Below, piece after piece: positions 37,930 through 49,420 of a DNA stretch of 64,000 nucleotides. This DNA comes from Gracilinanus agilis (Eukaryota). Positions within the stretch are counted from its first letter, which is position 1. Each line of letters opens with the position of its first letter. The position numbers and the translations under genes were made by a program. The notes under the pieces are model-generated. The model was not told where the DNA came from, searched no databases, and worked only from the letters and a program-made list of their open reading frames with translations. The stretch covers positions 406,302,524 to 406,366,523 of the forward strand of contig NC_058130.1 in the NCBI RefSeq assembly GCF_016433145.1, in the 5' to 3' direction.

Positions 37930-38625
37930 TTCCTGAACGGAATCGGCTGTAGCTCGCGCTGCTGCCTCTCCGTTTCGTAATCATAGATAAGTAGGGGGGA
38001 CATTGAGCTTCCATCCCGGTGAATGCAGCAATTAGCATGCCTTCCTCCGCCATACCTCCCCCCACATCCCAGATCCTGGGAGAGGCTGATTCCAGCTGCC
38101 CTTCAGTTCCCCCTTCCTAATTAGTAACAGGTGAACCTTGGGCTGGGTTCCGGGGTTTGCCTCAGATAAGCATATGGTTAGGTTCAGCTGCTTATTCAAA
38201 TGAACAGTACCTCTGATGGGGGTTGGGGGGAGAAAGCAGGGGGCTGGGAGAGGAGGGCTGGAAAATGAGGTTAGAAATTCAGCCAGGAATGACTTACTCC
38301 AGAGCTGCATTGCTGGCTGCCTAAAGCCTTTCAAGTGGTTTTGCAGTGCCTAGTGAAGCAGCCTGGGGAAGGGTTGGAGTTGGGAAGAAAAAAACCACAA
38401 AGCACGGCTTGTAAATCAGTGTGCCCTCTCCAACCTCTGCCTCGCACAGGACGGGGAGCGCGGTATCCCCTGAAGCCGGGAATCGCGATTCTGCCGCTAA
38501 CCAGCTCTGGGACCTTCCCGGGGCCAGGCGCCGAAGCTCCTTGGGCCTCCCTTTCCTCTCCAGGAAAATGAGGGGGCTGAACCAGAGCGTCCCGAAGGTC
38601 TCCTCCAGCCACGGAGATTCTACAC
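37930..38625. promoter_or_regulatory. CpG-island-like, GC-rich candidate regulatory element
   Basis: About 15 CpG in 38400-38620 and about 8 in 37935-38050, against a strongly CpG-depleted background. Confidence 0.5.
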
Positions 38626-39433
38626 TCTAATGGAGAGGGGAATGGCTGCTGGTCTGGGGAGTCAGCCTGGCTCATAGATAATGCCAAGCTTAACTAGCAT
38701 TCCTTTTCATATCTAATTATTCAGGTCACAGCTGTAGCAGATGACACAATTCACAGGGTTGATGGCAACAAATGCGGCCGGGCTACATGGCCATTGTATG
38801 CTATTATTCACTACCAGGTGGTCCGTTCCACACCAATCACACCCCCACCCCTTCCCCCTTGGAAGCCCAACTGGACTGGATGAAAACACATTGGAATGTG
38901 GCGCTGTCTCAGTGTTAATGGAGGCCAGATCTGAACTGCAGATAGAGCTAAGAACAGAAAATCCCACCCCACCCCCACCCCCCTTATAATAGACAATGCC
39001 TACACCTAAAGAGCTTCTGCCGGACTTTCTGATGGATGTCCCAGTCGGACCCCCTGCTACGGAGGGGCAAGGCTAGGAAAGGTCTGGAAAGGCCCAGCCT
39101 TTTCCCTGTTAGAGACTTTTTTCTCCAATAACAAAAGGTTCCCAAGCTGTTTCCCCAGGATTCAGACTCATCCTTATTGCCAAAGCAACGCCTGTTTATA
39201 GAACCAGTGGAAGACCAGTGGAAGATGTACCTTATTAATTTCTTTGTGATGGTATCTGGCCAGCCTTGTGCAGGAAGCTGACACTTATGGGGTATCGTTT
39301 GAAGACTCCCAAAAAGTATAGCCCATTCCCCCATTACCAGCCCATTTCTCCCCATGTCTGAAAATTGCCATTATTAGAGATCCTCCTTTGGATTTATGAA
39401 CTGTTCACATACACAGAGTTATGATACCTGGAA

Positions 39434-39640
39434 GGGGGGGAAGCTGGGTAGCTCAGTGGATTGAGAGCCAGGACTAGAGATGGGAGGTCCTAGGTTCAAA
39501 TCCAGCCTCAGACACTTCCCAGCTGTGTGACCCTGGGCAAGTCACTTAATCCCCATTGGCTAGCCCTTACCACTCTTCTGCCCTGGAGCCAATACACAGT
39601 ATTGACTCCAAGATGGAAGGTAAGAGTTTAAAAAAAATTT
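39434..39640 (+). mobile_element. Opossum CORE-SINE (SINE1_Mdo-like), young
   Basis: Near-consensus copy ending GGAGCCAATACACAGTATTGACTCCAAGATGGAAGGTAAGAG-A(n). Confidence 0.92.
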
Positions 39641-40946
39641 TTTTTTTAAATGATATCTGGAAGGGGTTGTCTGTAGGACTAGTCAGTAATCACTTCAGCA
39701 AACCTTCCCTGAGTGCCTATTGTGTGCTCACTAGCCCTGACAGACAAGGCCAAGTCCTAACTGGTGAGGAAATGGACTCGAGAACTATGAGTGAGACTTC
39801 ATCTCGACCTAGGCCTTGAAGAACAGGTAAGATTCAGATGGCCTATGTGAGAGGATGGGGAAAACAGGAATTTCATGCTAAAAGGAAGAACATAAACAAC
39901 AAAGTTGTACTGTCTGTGGATGGGAGAGTGAGGAGCCTGGCCTGCTAAAGTAAATAGTGCTTTTCAGGAAGTGGCACCATATTTTGGAGAAATCTTAACT
40001 GGGCAGCATCAGGAAGAGACCTAGAGATCAGACTTGATTCCCTAGGCAGATGATATAAGTGACAGTAACTTAAACTTCCCAGCAAAACCACAAGGGAATA
40101 GAATTTAGGACTGATCCATTTTGATAGGGTTAAAGAACAGGTTTGGAAAAGGTCTGACTCTTGGCACACTGCCAGTGGAGGTCAGGCCTGGGTGAGGAGC
40201 CACCGTGGAGAAACAGGAGCAGTCAGGAGGCATTGAAAAAGCCCTGGAAACTTAGGGCAGAGAAGGAGTTGTAAGGAACAGGCCAACAGAGGCAAAGAGG
40301 AACCTAGGGACAACTAAAGGCCAATTTAACTTGCCTTTACAAGTTTACAGGCTTGATAATCTGTTACATGAATTTGAAAAGGTTCTAGTCTTTCTGTCTA
40401 AGGTCTTGGCTGCTACTTCCCAAATCCCTTTCTTTAAGGTAGCAATGTTGAGAAGCACCAGCTCAGACAATAAGCAAAATTAGCTGGACCTTAAAAAGAA
40501 ATCATGCTGTAATCAAGTAAAAATTTCCTCCAAGCTGAAGCATCAGGCTAGAGAGCCATATTTCTTTAGAGTAAAGATCTTTGCTTATATAACAATGGAT
40601 ATAGGTACTAGAAGGGAGATGGAGTTCAGATAAAACCATGTCTTTACCCTCAAGGAGCATAGCCTAGTAGGAGACTAAAGCAAAAACATATTTTGGAAAG
40701 TACTTTAATGTCCATAAAAATGACTTGATCCTCAACACATCCCTATAGAGTAGGTAGAGCAAAATCATATCTATTTGACATTTAGGGAAACTGAGGCTTA
40801 GAAATGCAAAGTTACTAGCCCAAAGTCACACAATAAGGGACCTCACCCGTATCATTCTTCTGCCTTAGAACTGATACTAAATCAGATGGTAAGGTTTTAA
40901 AAAGAAATAGCATGAAGTTGAGAGGATCAATTAAAACCTAGATGTA

Positions 40947-41052
40947 GGGGCAGCTTGGCCTGGAGTCAAGATGATCTTGGTTCAGATCTGGCCTCAGGAA
41001 CTTCCTAGCTCTGTGATCCTGGGCGAGGCACTTAACCCCAATTGCCTAGCTT
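40947..41052 (+). mobile_element. Opossum CORE-SINE, truncated next to a gap
   Basis: Head and CORE up to CCCCAATTGCCTAGC. Confidence 0.7.
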
Positions 41053-41078
41053 TGATCATTATAAGAGTTTTTCTAGGA

Positions 41079-41215
41079 NNNNNNNNNNNNNNNNNNNNNN
41101 NNNNNNNNNNNNNNNNNNNNNNNNNNNNNNNNNNNNNNNNNNNNNNNNNNNNNNNNNNNNNNNNNNNNNNNNNNNNNNNNNNNNNNNNNNNNNNNNNNNN
41201 NNNNNNNNNNNNNNN
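41079..41215. other. Assembly gap (137 N), followed by a GA-rich low-complexity tract to ~41320
   Basis: N run followed by purine-only sequence. Confidence 1.
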
Positions 41216-41801
41216 GGTGAAGAGGGGGAGAGAGAAAGGAAGAGAGACAAAGGGGGAAAGGGAGAGATGAAGAGGGGGAGGGGGAGAGAGAAAGAAAGGG
41301 AGAGGGAGAGGGAGAGAGAAAGCTACCTAATTAGTTAGTTGGTAGAGCTAGGACTAGATACCCAGTCTCTTGACTATTCAGGTCTACTGGATAGGACTAC
41401 TATTGGGCAGGCACTATTGATATCTTAGTTGATTGGAGCAAGGATGTACATTTGGGCACATTCCTGTCTTATCTTCGCCCCTATTAGAGCAGGGCTCCAA
41501 GAAGCAGGATCTCTTCCTTCCATTTCTTTTGCATGGAATCCACCCCAACCCTAAAGAGCACCTCAGCCTGGCCTGGGCATGAGGGGTATTCATTGATGCT
41601 GCTGGCCAGCTTCCATGAACAGTCAGCAGTAGCTCCTCTTTGATGAACTAACTTTTCTAATAAGCTCAGAGAAAGATGTTGCAAGACCATTTTTTTTTCA
41701 ACCCGGGTACCTTATTATGGCACAGAGCATGATTTCCGCTGCCCAGTCACTGGTGAGAAAAAAAAGTGAGTGCTGCTGAAAAGAATGTGGGTGATGGGTG
41801 G

Positions 41802-41875
41802 TGAGTCAGCCTACAGCTGCTCGAGTTGCCAGAAAAGAGAGACCCAGCAATTTGGCTGGAGTTGCCAATGGCAAC
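41802..41875. promoter_or_regulatory. Candidate enhancer motif cluster (AP-1, E-box, RFX)
   Basis: TGAGTCA at 41802-41808, CAGCTG at 41814-41819, palindromic GTTGCCAATGGCAAC at 41861-41875. Motifs only. Confidence 0.35.
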
Positions 41876-42925
41876 TTTGTGCTGGGTTCCTGTGACCCTT
41901 GTAGGCAGCCTTTTGGGGGGTAGATGGAATAGGTTGGTGTAGTTACCTACACAAGGCAGGGATGCTGGAACCGCTCTTTAATCCAAAATATCTCTCTCCA
42001 TCTGCCTGTCATTCTGCTTAACATTCCACCACTTAAAAATCCATTCTTTGGCTCAACATATTGCTATTATCCAGTTCACTGTTGATATGTGGGGGGCAAA
42101 AGGGAGAGAAAAGTATTAAATTATTCCCATCTCAATGTAAAAGAAGTTACTAAAGATCACTTGAAAGGCTGGGACCCAGGACCAGTAAATACTAATATAA
42201 GGGAGGGGAGAAGGAAAGCTGGGACTGTTGGGGAACTACCTAAGGAAGGCAGATCTGGATAGACTACCATCGAATGATGCCCTGAGCAATCACAGAGCTG
42301 CATGAGAGAATGCCTCAGTGTAAGGCTTGGGACAGGGAGTTGGATTCTGAAAGAGAAGAAAGTGGCATGAGAAGGGAGGGCTCTCATTCTGCCTGAAATA
42401 ACAGAACCATTGCATTTCTGAACTAGAAGGGCCTTCAAGATCATCTACTCACACCTTCTCATTTTTACAGATAAAGAAAATGAGGCTCAGAGGTCACACA
42501 GCTTGTCAGTGTCAGAGCCAAGAAAACTCAGGTTTTCTCACTCCCACTCTGTTCAGGCCTCTTCCCATCACACTGCCTATTTCTCAAGGTTCCCCACAGC
42601 TGTCCATGTTTGTGGATGTGGGTGTGAGTAAAACAGAGAGGGCTAGGTAAAAGTGAGACTGAAGAGATGAGTTTATTTTCTCCAGTGACTGGCAAAGAGA
42701 ATTTTCTGCTTCATTCTCTCTTTTTCTGTCTCTGAATGGGATTCAAAAAGGCTATGACCTGCTGAGGCTTGGAGGGTGAGTCCAGCAGAGAGAATATAGC
42801 CAGACAGTGATACTGGAAACAGAAGATAATAACAACAGCTCATATTTCTTTAGAGCTCTTAGGTTTACAAAGCCCTTTCTTCACAACAATCCTATGAGGA
42901 AATTAATTCAAGGATCATTATCTCC

Positions 42926-43110
42926 AGGCAGTTAGGTGGCACAGTTGGTAAAGCCCAGGGCCTGGAATCAGGAAGATGTGAGTTCGAATCGGGCTTCAGA
43001 TACTTCCTAGCTTTGTGACCCTGGGCAAGTCACTTCACCCCAATTGCCTAGCCCTTGCCCTTCTGTATTAGAGTTATTACTAGGACAGAAGGTAAGGATT
43101 AAGAAAAAAG
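42926..43110 (+). mobile_element. Opossum CORE-SINE (older tail variant)
   Basis: Tail CCTTGCCCTTCTGTATTAGAGTTATTACTAGGACAGAAGGTAAGG. Confidence 0.8.
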
Positions 43111-44229
43111 AGTGAGTCCAGTTTCTCTCTAGCCCTATCAATGAGCCCATGAAGAGTTTTCCCATGTGTAAAAAGGGCTTATTAGCAGGGTACCTTGATT
43201 AAGAGAGGTCTGTGAAGGGTTGGAGATTGAAGAGATGGCTAGACTTGGATGGGGACCATGCTCCAGGGCAACCATGGCATCATAGATGTGAATGACCCCT
43301 CCAATGTACAGATTAAATCCCTCCACGCCTCAGAGGTAAGGCTGGTGAAGTGCTCTTAAGTCCGAGGGTCTCTGGTCCTATTTTACAAGGCTAATTCAAG
43401 CATCATCTCTAAATGGGTACATGAGTGCAGGAAACATCTGCAGATTTTTCACCATCAGTCGATAAGCATTTATTGAACTCTAAGTTGTCTAAGTTCTAGA
43501 CGTTGTAAAAAGTATTAGAAATACAAAGACAAAAATTAAAAAAAAAAATCCCCCAAACCCTCCACAAGCTTATGACCTATGGGACTACATTCAGTGTGGG
43601 TTGATTAAGCTGTTGTCACATCCTTCCTCTTTTCAGATACATTTAATAAGCACTTATGAAATGTCTAGAGTATGCAAGGCACCCCTCCCTCTAAGCCATA
43701 GGGATTCAGAGACAAAAAAACAAAACAAAACAAAAATCTAGCCCTGATCCTCAACATTCTGCTAGTGAATACAACACATGCACATGGACAAGGTAATCTG
43801 AAGAGCACGGACCTTTCTCTTCCTTCCCTTCCCTTCCTTCCAGTATTTATTAAGGCTCATTGCATTCCCGGTGCATCTTCCTATTTTTCTGCCACATTCA
43901 CACATACAAATGACAAGCACTTCTAATCCATTAAAAAAAAAAAAAGGACAGTAATAGAGTATATAACATTTGTCACAGGAAATGACCAATTCACTGTGGG
44001 ACTTCATTAGGCCAATAACTCGATTAATGCTGAGCCTAGGACTGGGAGTCAGGAGATCTGTGTTTGAGTTGGGACTTCCAGTAACTCTCTCTAAAGCCTT
44101 GGGCAAATCACTTGACCTCTTTGAGACTCAGTTTCCTCACCTATAAAATGGGAATGAAAATATATGCCTACCTCATAGGACAGTTTGTGAGAATCAAATG
44201 ATATAATGGATATGAAAGTACTTTGAAAT

Positions 44230-44760
44230 TACAGTCAGATTTTCAGAGTTGGAAGGGACCCAAAATTAGTCATCCAGTCCAACCCATACCTAGGAATCAA
44301 CAGCCCAGACCAATTATTATCCAACTTCTCCTTGAAGACATCCATTAGGGACAGCTAGAGGATTTAGTGGATAGAGTGCCAGGCCTGGAGTCAGGTCAGG
44401 AGGATCTGGGATCAAATCTGGCCTCAGACACATCCTAGCTGTGTGATCTTGGGCAAGTCACTTAACCGTGTTTGCCCAGCCTTTGCCCTTAGAATTGTTA
44501 CTAAGATACAAAATAAGGGTTTAAAAAAATCTATACTCATTACCTTTCAAGATGGCCCATTCCATTTTTGGACAGCTATAATTGTTAAGAAATTTGCCCT
44601 AGCATGGAAGCAAAACCTACCAAGAGCTGCCATTCCCCCCCATGTCATCTTTGTCTTCTCTAGTCTTCATGTCCCTAGTTTCTTGTCCTTCTTCGTACCA
44701 CATGGTTCCAAGTTCCCTCGTGATCCGACTTACTCTGCTCTGGACTTCTCAAACGGATAA
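44230..44760 (-). mobile_element. CR1/L3 fragment split by a + strand CORE-SINE (44348-44530)
   Basis: CR1 3' blocks (CCATTTTTGGACAGCT; CTTGAAGAC) lie on both sides of the SINE. Confidence 0.65.
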
Positions 44761-45694
44761 TGACCTCCATAAAATAGAGAGCCCAGAGCTAGAGTCAGAA
44801 CCACACGGTGCTGGAACTGGAAGGGTCCCTCCGGGTCACTAGTCAAACCCTCTCCTTTTATGGAAGAGTCTCAGAAAGAGACTTGCTCAAGGACATACCA
44901 ACCCCAGCACCAGTTGTCTGAGCAGGACAGAATACAAAGTAAATATCACCTCCCTTGTTCTGAACAGGCTAGTTCTGCTAAAGTAGCTAAGATTGTACTG
45001 ACTTTTTTGGTTACCATATTACCCTTCTGGCTTTTATTGAACTTCAAGTCCACTCAACCTTCAAGTCTCCTGGTGAACTGAAGGAATGAAAGATAAATCA
45101 TTGATTAAGCACTTGCTATGTCTCTGGGAGATGTATCCAGTGCTTCATCCTAGATGTATCTCACCTGTCCTATACTTGTGTAATTTTAAAAAACTCAACT
45201 GTAAGGCTTTACATTTAGACCTCTTAAATTTGATTTTATTACTTCTAGCCCATCATGCTATAGCCTTTGTAAATAATTATTATTATTACAGAGAGTACTT
45301 TAAAATTTGCAAAGAACTTTATATTCCTGGTCATTTGAATCTCAGAGCAACCTTGTCAGGAAGAGATGAAGATATTATTGTGCTCATTTCACAGATGATG
45401 AAACTGAGCCTTTGAGAAGCTAGCTGGCTCAGATCTAGTAAGCTTCAGGAGGATTTGAACTTGGGTCTTCCTGATTTAAGCTGTAGCGCTCTATCCATGA
45501 CCCCATCTCAAATTTTAGATCCCAGTTCTTTGTCCATTGTACTAAATAATCTTCCCAGAAGCACCCAAATTTACATCATCTAAGGAATCTGTACCTTCAT
45601 CCAAATCAATGGGAAAATGTGTTGAGCAGGGCCACCAAAATACCCGGAAGCCCTCCATGTGGGACCTCCCTCCCAGCTGAAATTGATGCATTAA

Positions 45695-45868
45695 TTTTTG
45701 TTTTAAACCCTTAACTTCTGCATATTGGCTCCTAGGTGGAAGAGTGGTAAGGGTGGGCAATGGGGGTCAAGTGACTTGCCCAGGGTCACACAGTCTGAGG
45801 CCGGATTTGAACCTAGGACCTCCTGTCTCTAGGCCTGGCTCTCAATCCACTGAGCTACCCAGCTGCCC
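45695..45868 (-). mobile_element. Opossum CORE-SINE (SINE1_Mdo-like)
   Basis: Reverse-oriented near-consensus copy. Confidence 0.88.
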
Positions 45869-46074
45869 GAAAGTGATCCATTAATAAGCACTATTTTTAC
45901 TCCTGTCATTCAACCAATCCGAAGACATCTAATCATCTTATCCACTGATCCACACCTCTTCTTCTAGTACAAAATAATATCATTGTATGGAATGAGTTGC
46001 AGAAACCCACAGCTAGTATTTCAATTCTATTTCCTTGATCTAACAGACTAGAAATTCTATTTTTAAAAATGAAA

Positions 46075-46255
46075 GGGGCAGCAGAGCCAGCTCTAGAGAG
46101 GGAGAACATGGGTTCAAATCTGGCCCCAGACAATTCCTAGCTATGTGACCCTGGGATGAGTTACTTAAACCCCATTGCCTAGCCCTCACTGTTCTTCTCA
46201 ATCAATAAACAGTATTGATTCTAAGATGGAAGGTAAGTAAGGGTTTGAGAAAAAA
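46075..46255 (+). mobile_element. Opossum CORE-SINE (SINE1_Mdo-like)
   Basis: Head, CORE and CAGTATTGATTCTAAGATGGAAGGTAAG tail. Confidence 0.82.
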
Positions 46256-46747
46256 ATAGTTCTCCATAAAGTTATATGAATTAAGACATTGTTCTCCTTC
46301 ACCAGGTCTCTGTGGTCATTGTTAATGCAACCATTTGCCAGAATTTGGACATTAACAGGAACTGCTACACAATGCTGCCAAAGTGCCGGAGTTCATTAGG
46401 ATTACTAAGAATCTCTTTATCATTCCCCTGAATTATGTTTAAACAACTCCAGATAAGAGGAGGTGAATTCTCTTCCAAGTTACTTGTTATCTTCACTGCT
46501 GTGATTTCTCTACTATGGATACTTGCCTAACAGACAGGCAATTTGCCTATTTGCTGGAAGTTAAACTTTCTCAGGGTGCCATTGAATGTCTAGGGCTGGA
46601 GGTGGGGAAGGACTAAATTATTCTGAGGCGTTCTCAAAGTCAGTTCTGTGAAACCCTTGGGATAAGGCAGCCAGGTGCATGAGGGAAAGGTTCCTTTTGG
46701 TTCTGTTTTTTCATTCTCCATTTCAAGGCTAATTTGAAACACACATT

Positions 46748-47353
46748 CTCTCTGTCTCTCTGTCTCTCTGTCTCTCTCTTTCTCTCTCTCTGTCTTTTCT
46801 TTCTCTCGTCTCCCTCTCTTCTCTCTTTCTCTGTCTGTCTTTTCTCTCTCTCTTTCTCTCTCTGACTCTCTCTGTCTTCTCTCTCTTCTCTCTGTCTCTA
46901 GCTGTTTCTCAGTCTCTCTCTGTTTCTGTCTCTCTTTTCTTTCTCTCTTCTCCCTCTCTTCTCTTTCTCTGTCTGTCTCCTCTCTCTCTCTCTCTCTCTC
47001 TCTAACTCTCTCTGTGTCTTCTCTCTCTCTTCTCTCTGTCTCTAGCTGTTTCTCAGTCTCTCTCTGTCTCCGCCTCTCTCTGTCTCTCTCTCTTCTTTCT
47101 CTCTTCTCCCTCTCTTCTCTCTTTCTCCATCTTCTCTCTCTCTCTCTATCTTTTCTTTCTCTCTTCTCCCTCTCTTCTCCCTCTCTTCTCTCTTTCTCTG
47201 TCTGTCTCCTCTCTCTCTTTCTCTCTCTGACTCTCTCTGTGTTTTCTCTCTCTTCTCTCTTTCTCTAGCTGTTTCTCAGTCTCTCTCTGTCTCTGCCTCT
47301 CTCTGTCTCTCTGTCTTGTCTCTGTCTATTTCTCAGTCTTTCTCTCTCTCTCT
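46748..47353. repeat. CT-rich polypyrimidine tract with higher-order duplication
   Basis: About 600 bp of almost pure C/T. The anchor CTAGCTGTTTCTCAGTCTCTCTCTGT recurs at 46898, 47042 and 47265. Confidence 0.95.
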
Positions 47354-48396
47354 CACAAGACTTACTGTTTCAGAAAGGGGTTAAGGACTTGATGGGAAGA
47401 GGAGGGAGAGTGAATAAGAGGGTGAGAAGGGCCTAGGAAAAGGAAGGAGCAAGAAGGTCTTAAGGAATCTCATTTTTCTTAATGCCTCAGGAGGCTTCTT
47501 GACATCAAACAGACCTTCCATAACAGCACTGCGGTGAGTTAAGTGTAAACCAATTGGAAACATATGGATTTTGTCTTTCTCAAAAGGCAAAGGGGCTTAA
47601 AAATTATGGGTAAAATATCATAGCCAAAACCAGTGGGATGATTCCCTACACACACACATTTTTTTTCCTCCTGGAGCCAGACCAAGAGAAGGCCCAGCCC
47701 TGTCTCTGCTCTCTCTCCACAGTTTTGGAGAGAGAGAGAGTGAGATGGCTCACCTCCTACTATGAACCTTGAGACCCGGGAGACCTTGGGTTTGCCCCTT
47801 TACTGCCCTTTCCAGAGGCCCTGCCTGGGGGGCCAGTTGCCATGTTGATAAAGACTTATAAAGGATTTGTGGCTTCCTCTAAATCCTTCCCCCTCACTAG
47901 AAAACAAAGTTGGGGTGAGCCTGAGGACTTCAGGTGGCATTGAGCTTTCTCCTCCTCCCTGCTCCATCTGCGTCGGTTCAAGCTGAGAGTGAGTGGTCCC
48001 AGGAGATAATCACAATAATATGATAACCTTACCCCTTGTAAAGAAGTTTTGACTTTTTCAAAGAGTCCTTACATCTATTATCCCATTTGATCTTCACAAG
48101 GTCCCTGGTGAGGTAGATGAAGTCTCAGTGAAGAACTGAGGGACAGAGAGGTCCCGTGGCTTGCCACAGCAAATAAATGACCAACCCAAGACTAACCCTC
48201 ACATCTTCTAATGCTAAACCATAGATTCTTTCCTCCAAGCTGCACTGCTTAGCTCCAGGTTATTCCTCCCTCAGGACAATCCTTTAGCCTGGATCTGGAA
48301 CTGCCCTGGAGTGGGAATGATGGTTGTTTTTGTTTCAGGGAAGGGCAGAGAGCTCCTTTCAGAAAGCCTTCCCTGATAAAGTAAGTCATCCTTGCT

Positions 48397-48576
48397 GGCA
48401 GCTAGGTAGCACAGTGGTAGATAGCACACTCTAACCAGGCTTAGAGTGGAGAGGAGCTGGGTTCAAATCGGATTTCAGATACTTCCTAGCTGTGTAACCT
48501 AGGACAAGTCACTTAACCCCAATTGCTCTTGTCTTAGAATTGATATTAAGACAAAAGGTAAGGGTTTAGAAAAAAT
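48397..48576 (+). mobile_element. Opossum CORE-SINE
   Basis: Flanked by direct repeat AAGTCATCCTT. Confidence 0.85.
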
Positions 48577-48889
48577 GAAAGTCATCCTTCCGCCAATCTG
48601 TTCAGCCTTATACCATCCTGATCTACTATCCCCCTCAGTGTACATTTGTGATGATCACAACTAACTGAATCATCTTCACTAAGGATATGAGAGTCCCTGT
48701 TAGACTAGAAGCTTTTTGAGGCAGAGAGATGTCTTTTTCCCCTCCCTGGATTTCTATTCCAAATTTCTAGGCATTTCATAATGACTTATTGAAGAACAAA
48801 TTACCTAAGAGTTCATCTCAATTTCAGCTTCCTTTCCTAAATCCATAAGAACAGAAAGGAAAGGAGAAAACCATCATCATCCCAGAATC

Positions 48890-49220
48890 ATAAAATTTTG
48901 GAGTTGGAAGAAATCCAAGGAAGACCATTGAAGCCAATCCCTCTACAACATCCCTGCCTCTTTATGAATTCTACCCATCGTGCCCAGTTCTATCATCTGG
49001 GACCAAGTCTAAACAGCCCTCTCCATACTGACCCATATTAGAAACACCCTTATTCTTCTCTTCTTAAGGTTAGATATTCCCAATTTCTTTAACCAATATT
49101 CCTCTGACTGGCTTCCAGTTCCCTTAACTATTCTGATCAGTCTCATGTGGACAAGCTACATTTTGCCAATATCTTTTGCTAAAATGTGGTGCCCTAAACT
49201 AACAAGAGTATACCAGAGCA
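48890..49220 (-). mobile_element. CR1/L3 fragment
   Basis: AAAATGTGGTGCCC..AACT is the reverse complement of the segment encoding QFWAPHF. Upstream AATCCCTCTACAACATCCC 3' block. Confidence 0.6.
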
Positions 49221-49420
49221 GGAGGCATCTAGCTAGCTCAGTGGATTGAGAGTCAGGCCCAGAGATGGGAGGTTCTGGGTTCAAATCTGTCCTCAGACAC
49301 TTCCTAATTGTGTGACCCTGGGCAAGTCACTTAACCCCTCCTTGCCTAGCCCTTCCTACTCTTCTGCCTCAGAACCAATAAACAATATTGATTCTAAGAT
49401 GGAAGGTAAGGGTTTTAAAG
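49221..49420 (+). mobile_element. Opossum CORE-SINE (SINE1_Mdo-like)
   Basis: Near-consensus copy. Confidence 0.88.

Noticed and set aside
39434-39520. tRNA-like A/B-box sequences
   Set aside because: They are SINE heads continuing into CORE. There is no cloverleaf with an acceptor stem.
46317-46332. SOX-OCT composite-like CATTGTTAATGCAAC
   Set aside because: Spacing is off by one base and the octamer half is imperfect.
47754-47896. Minus-strand exon candidate (TTTGTTTTCTAG acceptor, GAG|GTGAGC donor, strong Kozak ATG, GPPG-like peptide)
   Set aside because: All three frames contain stops, and the ATG frame ends before the donor. There is no true Gly-X-Y register.
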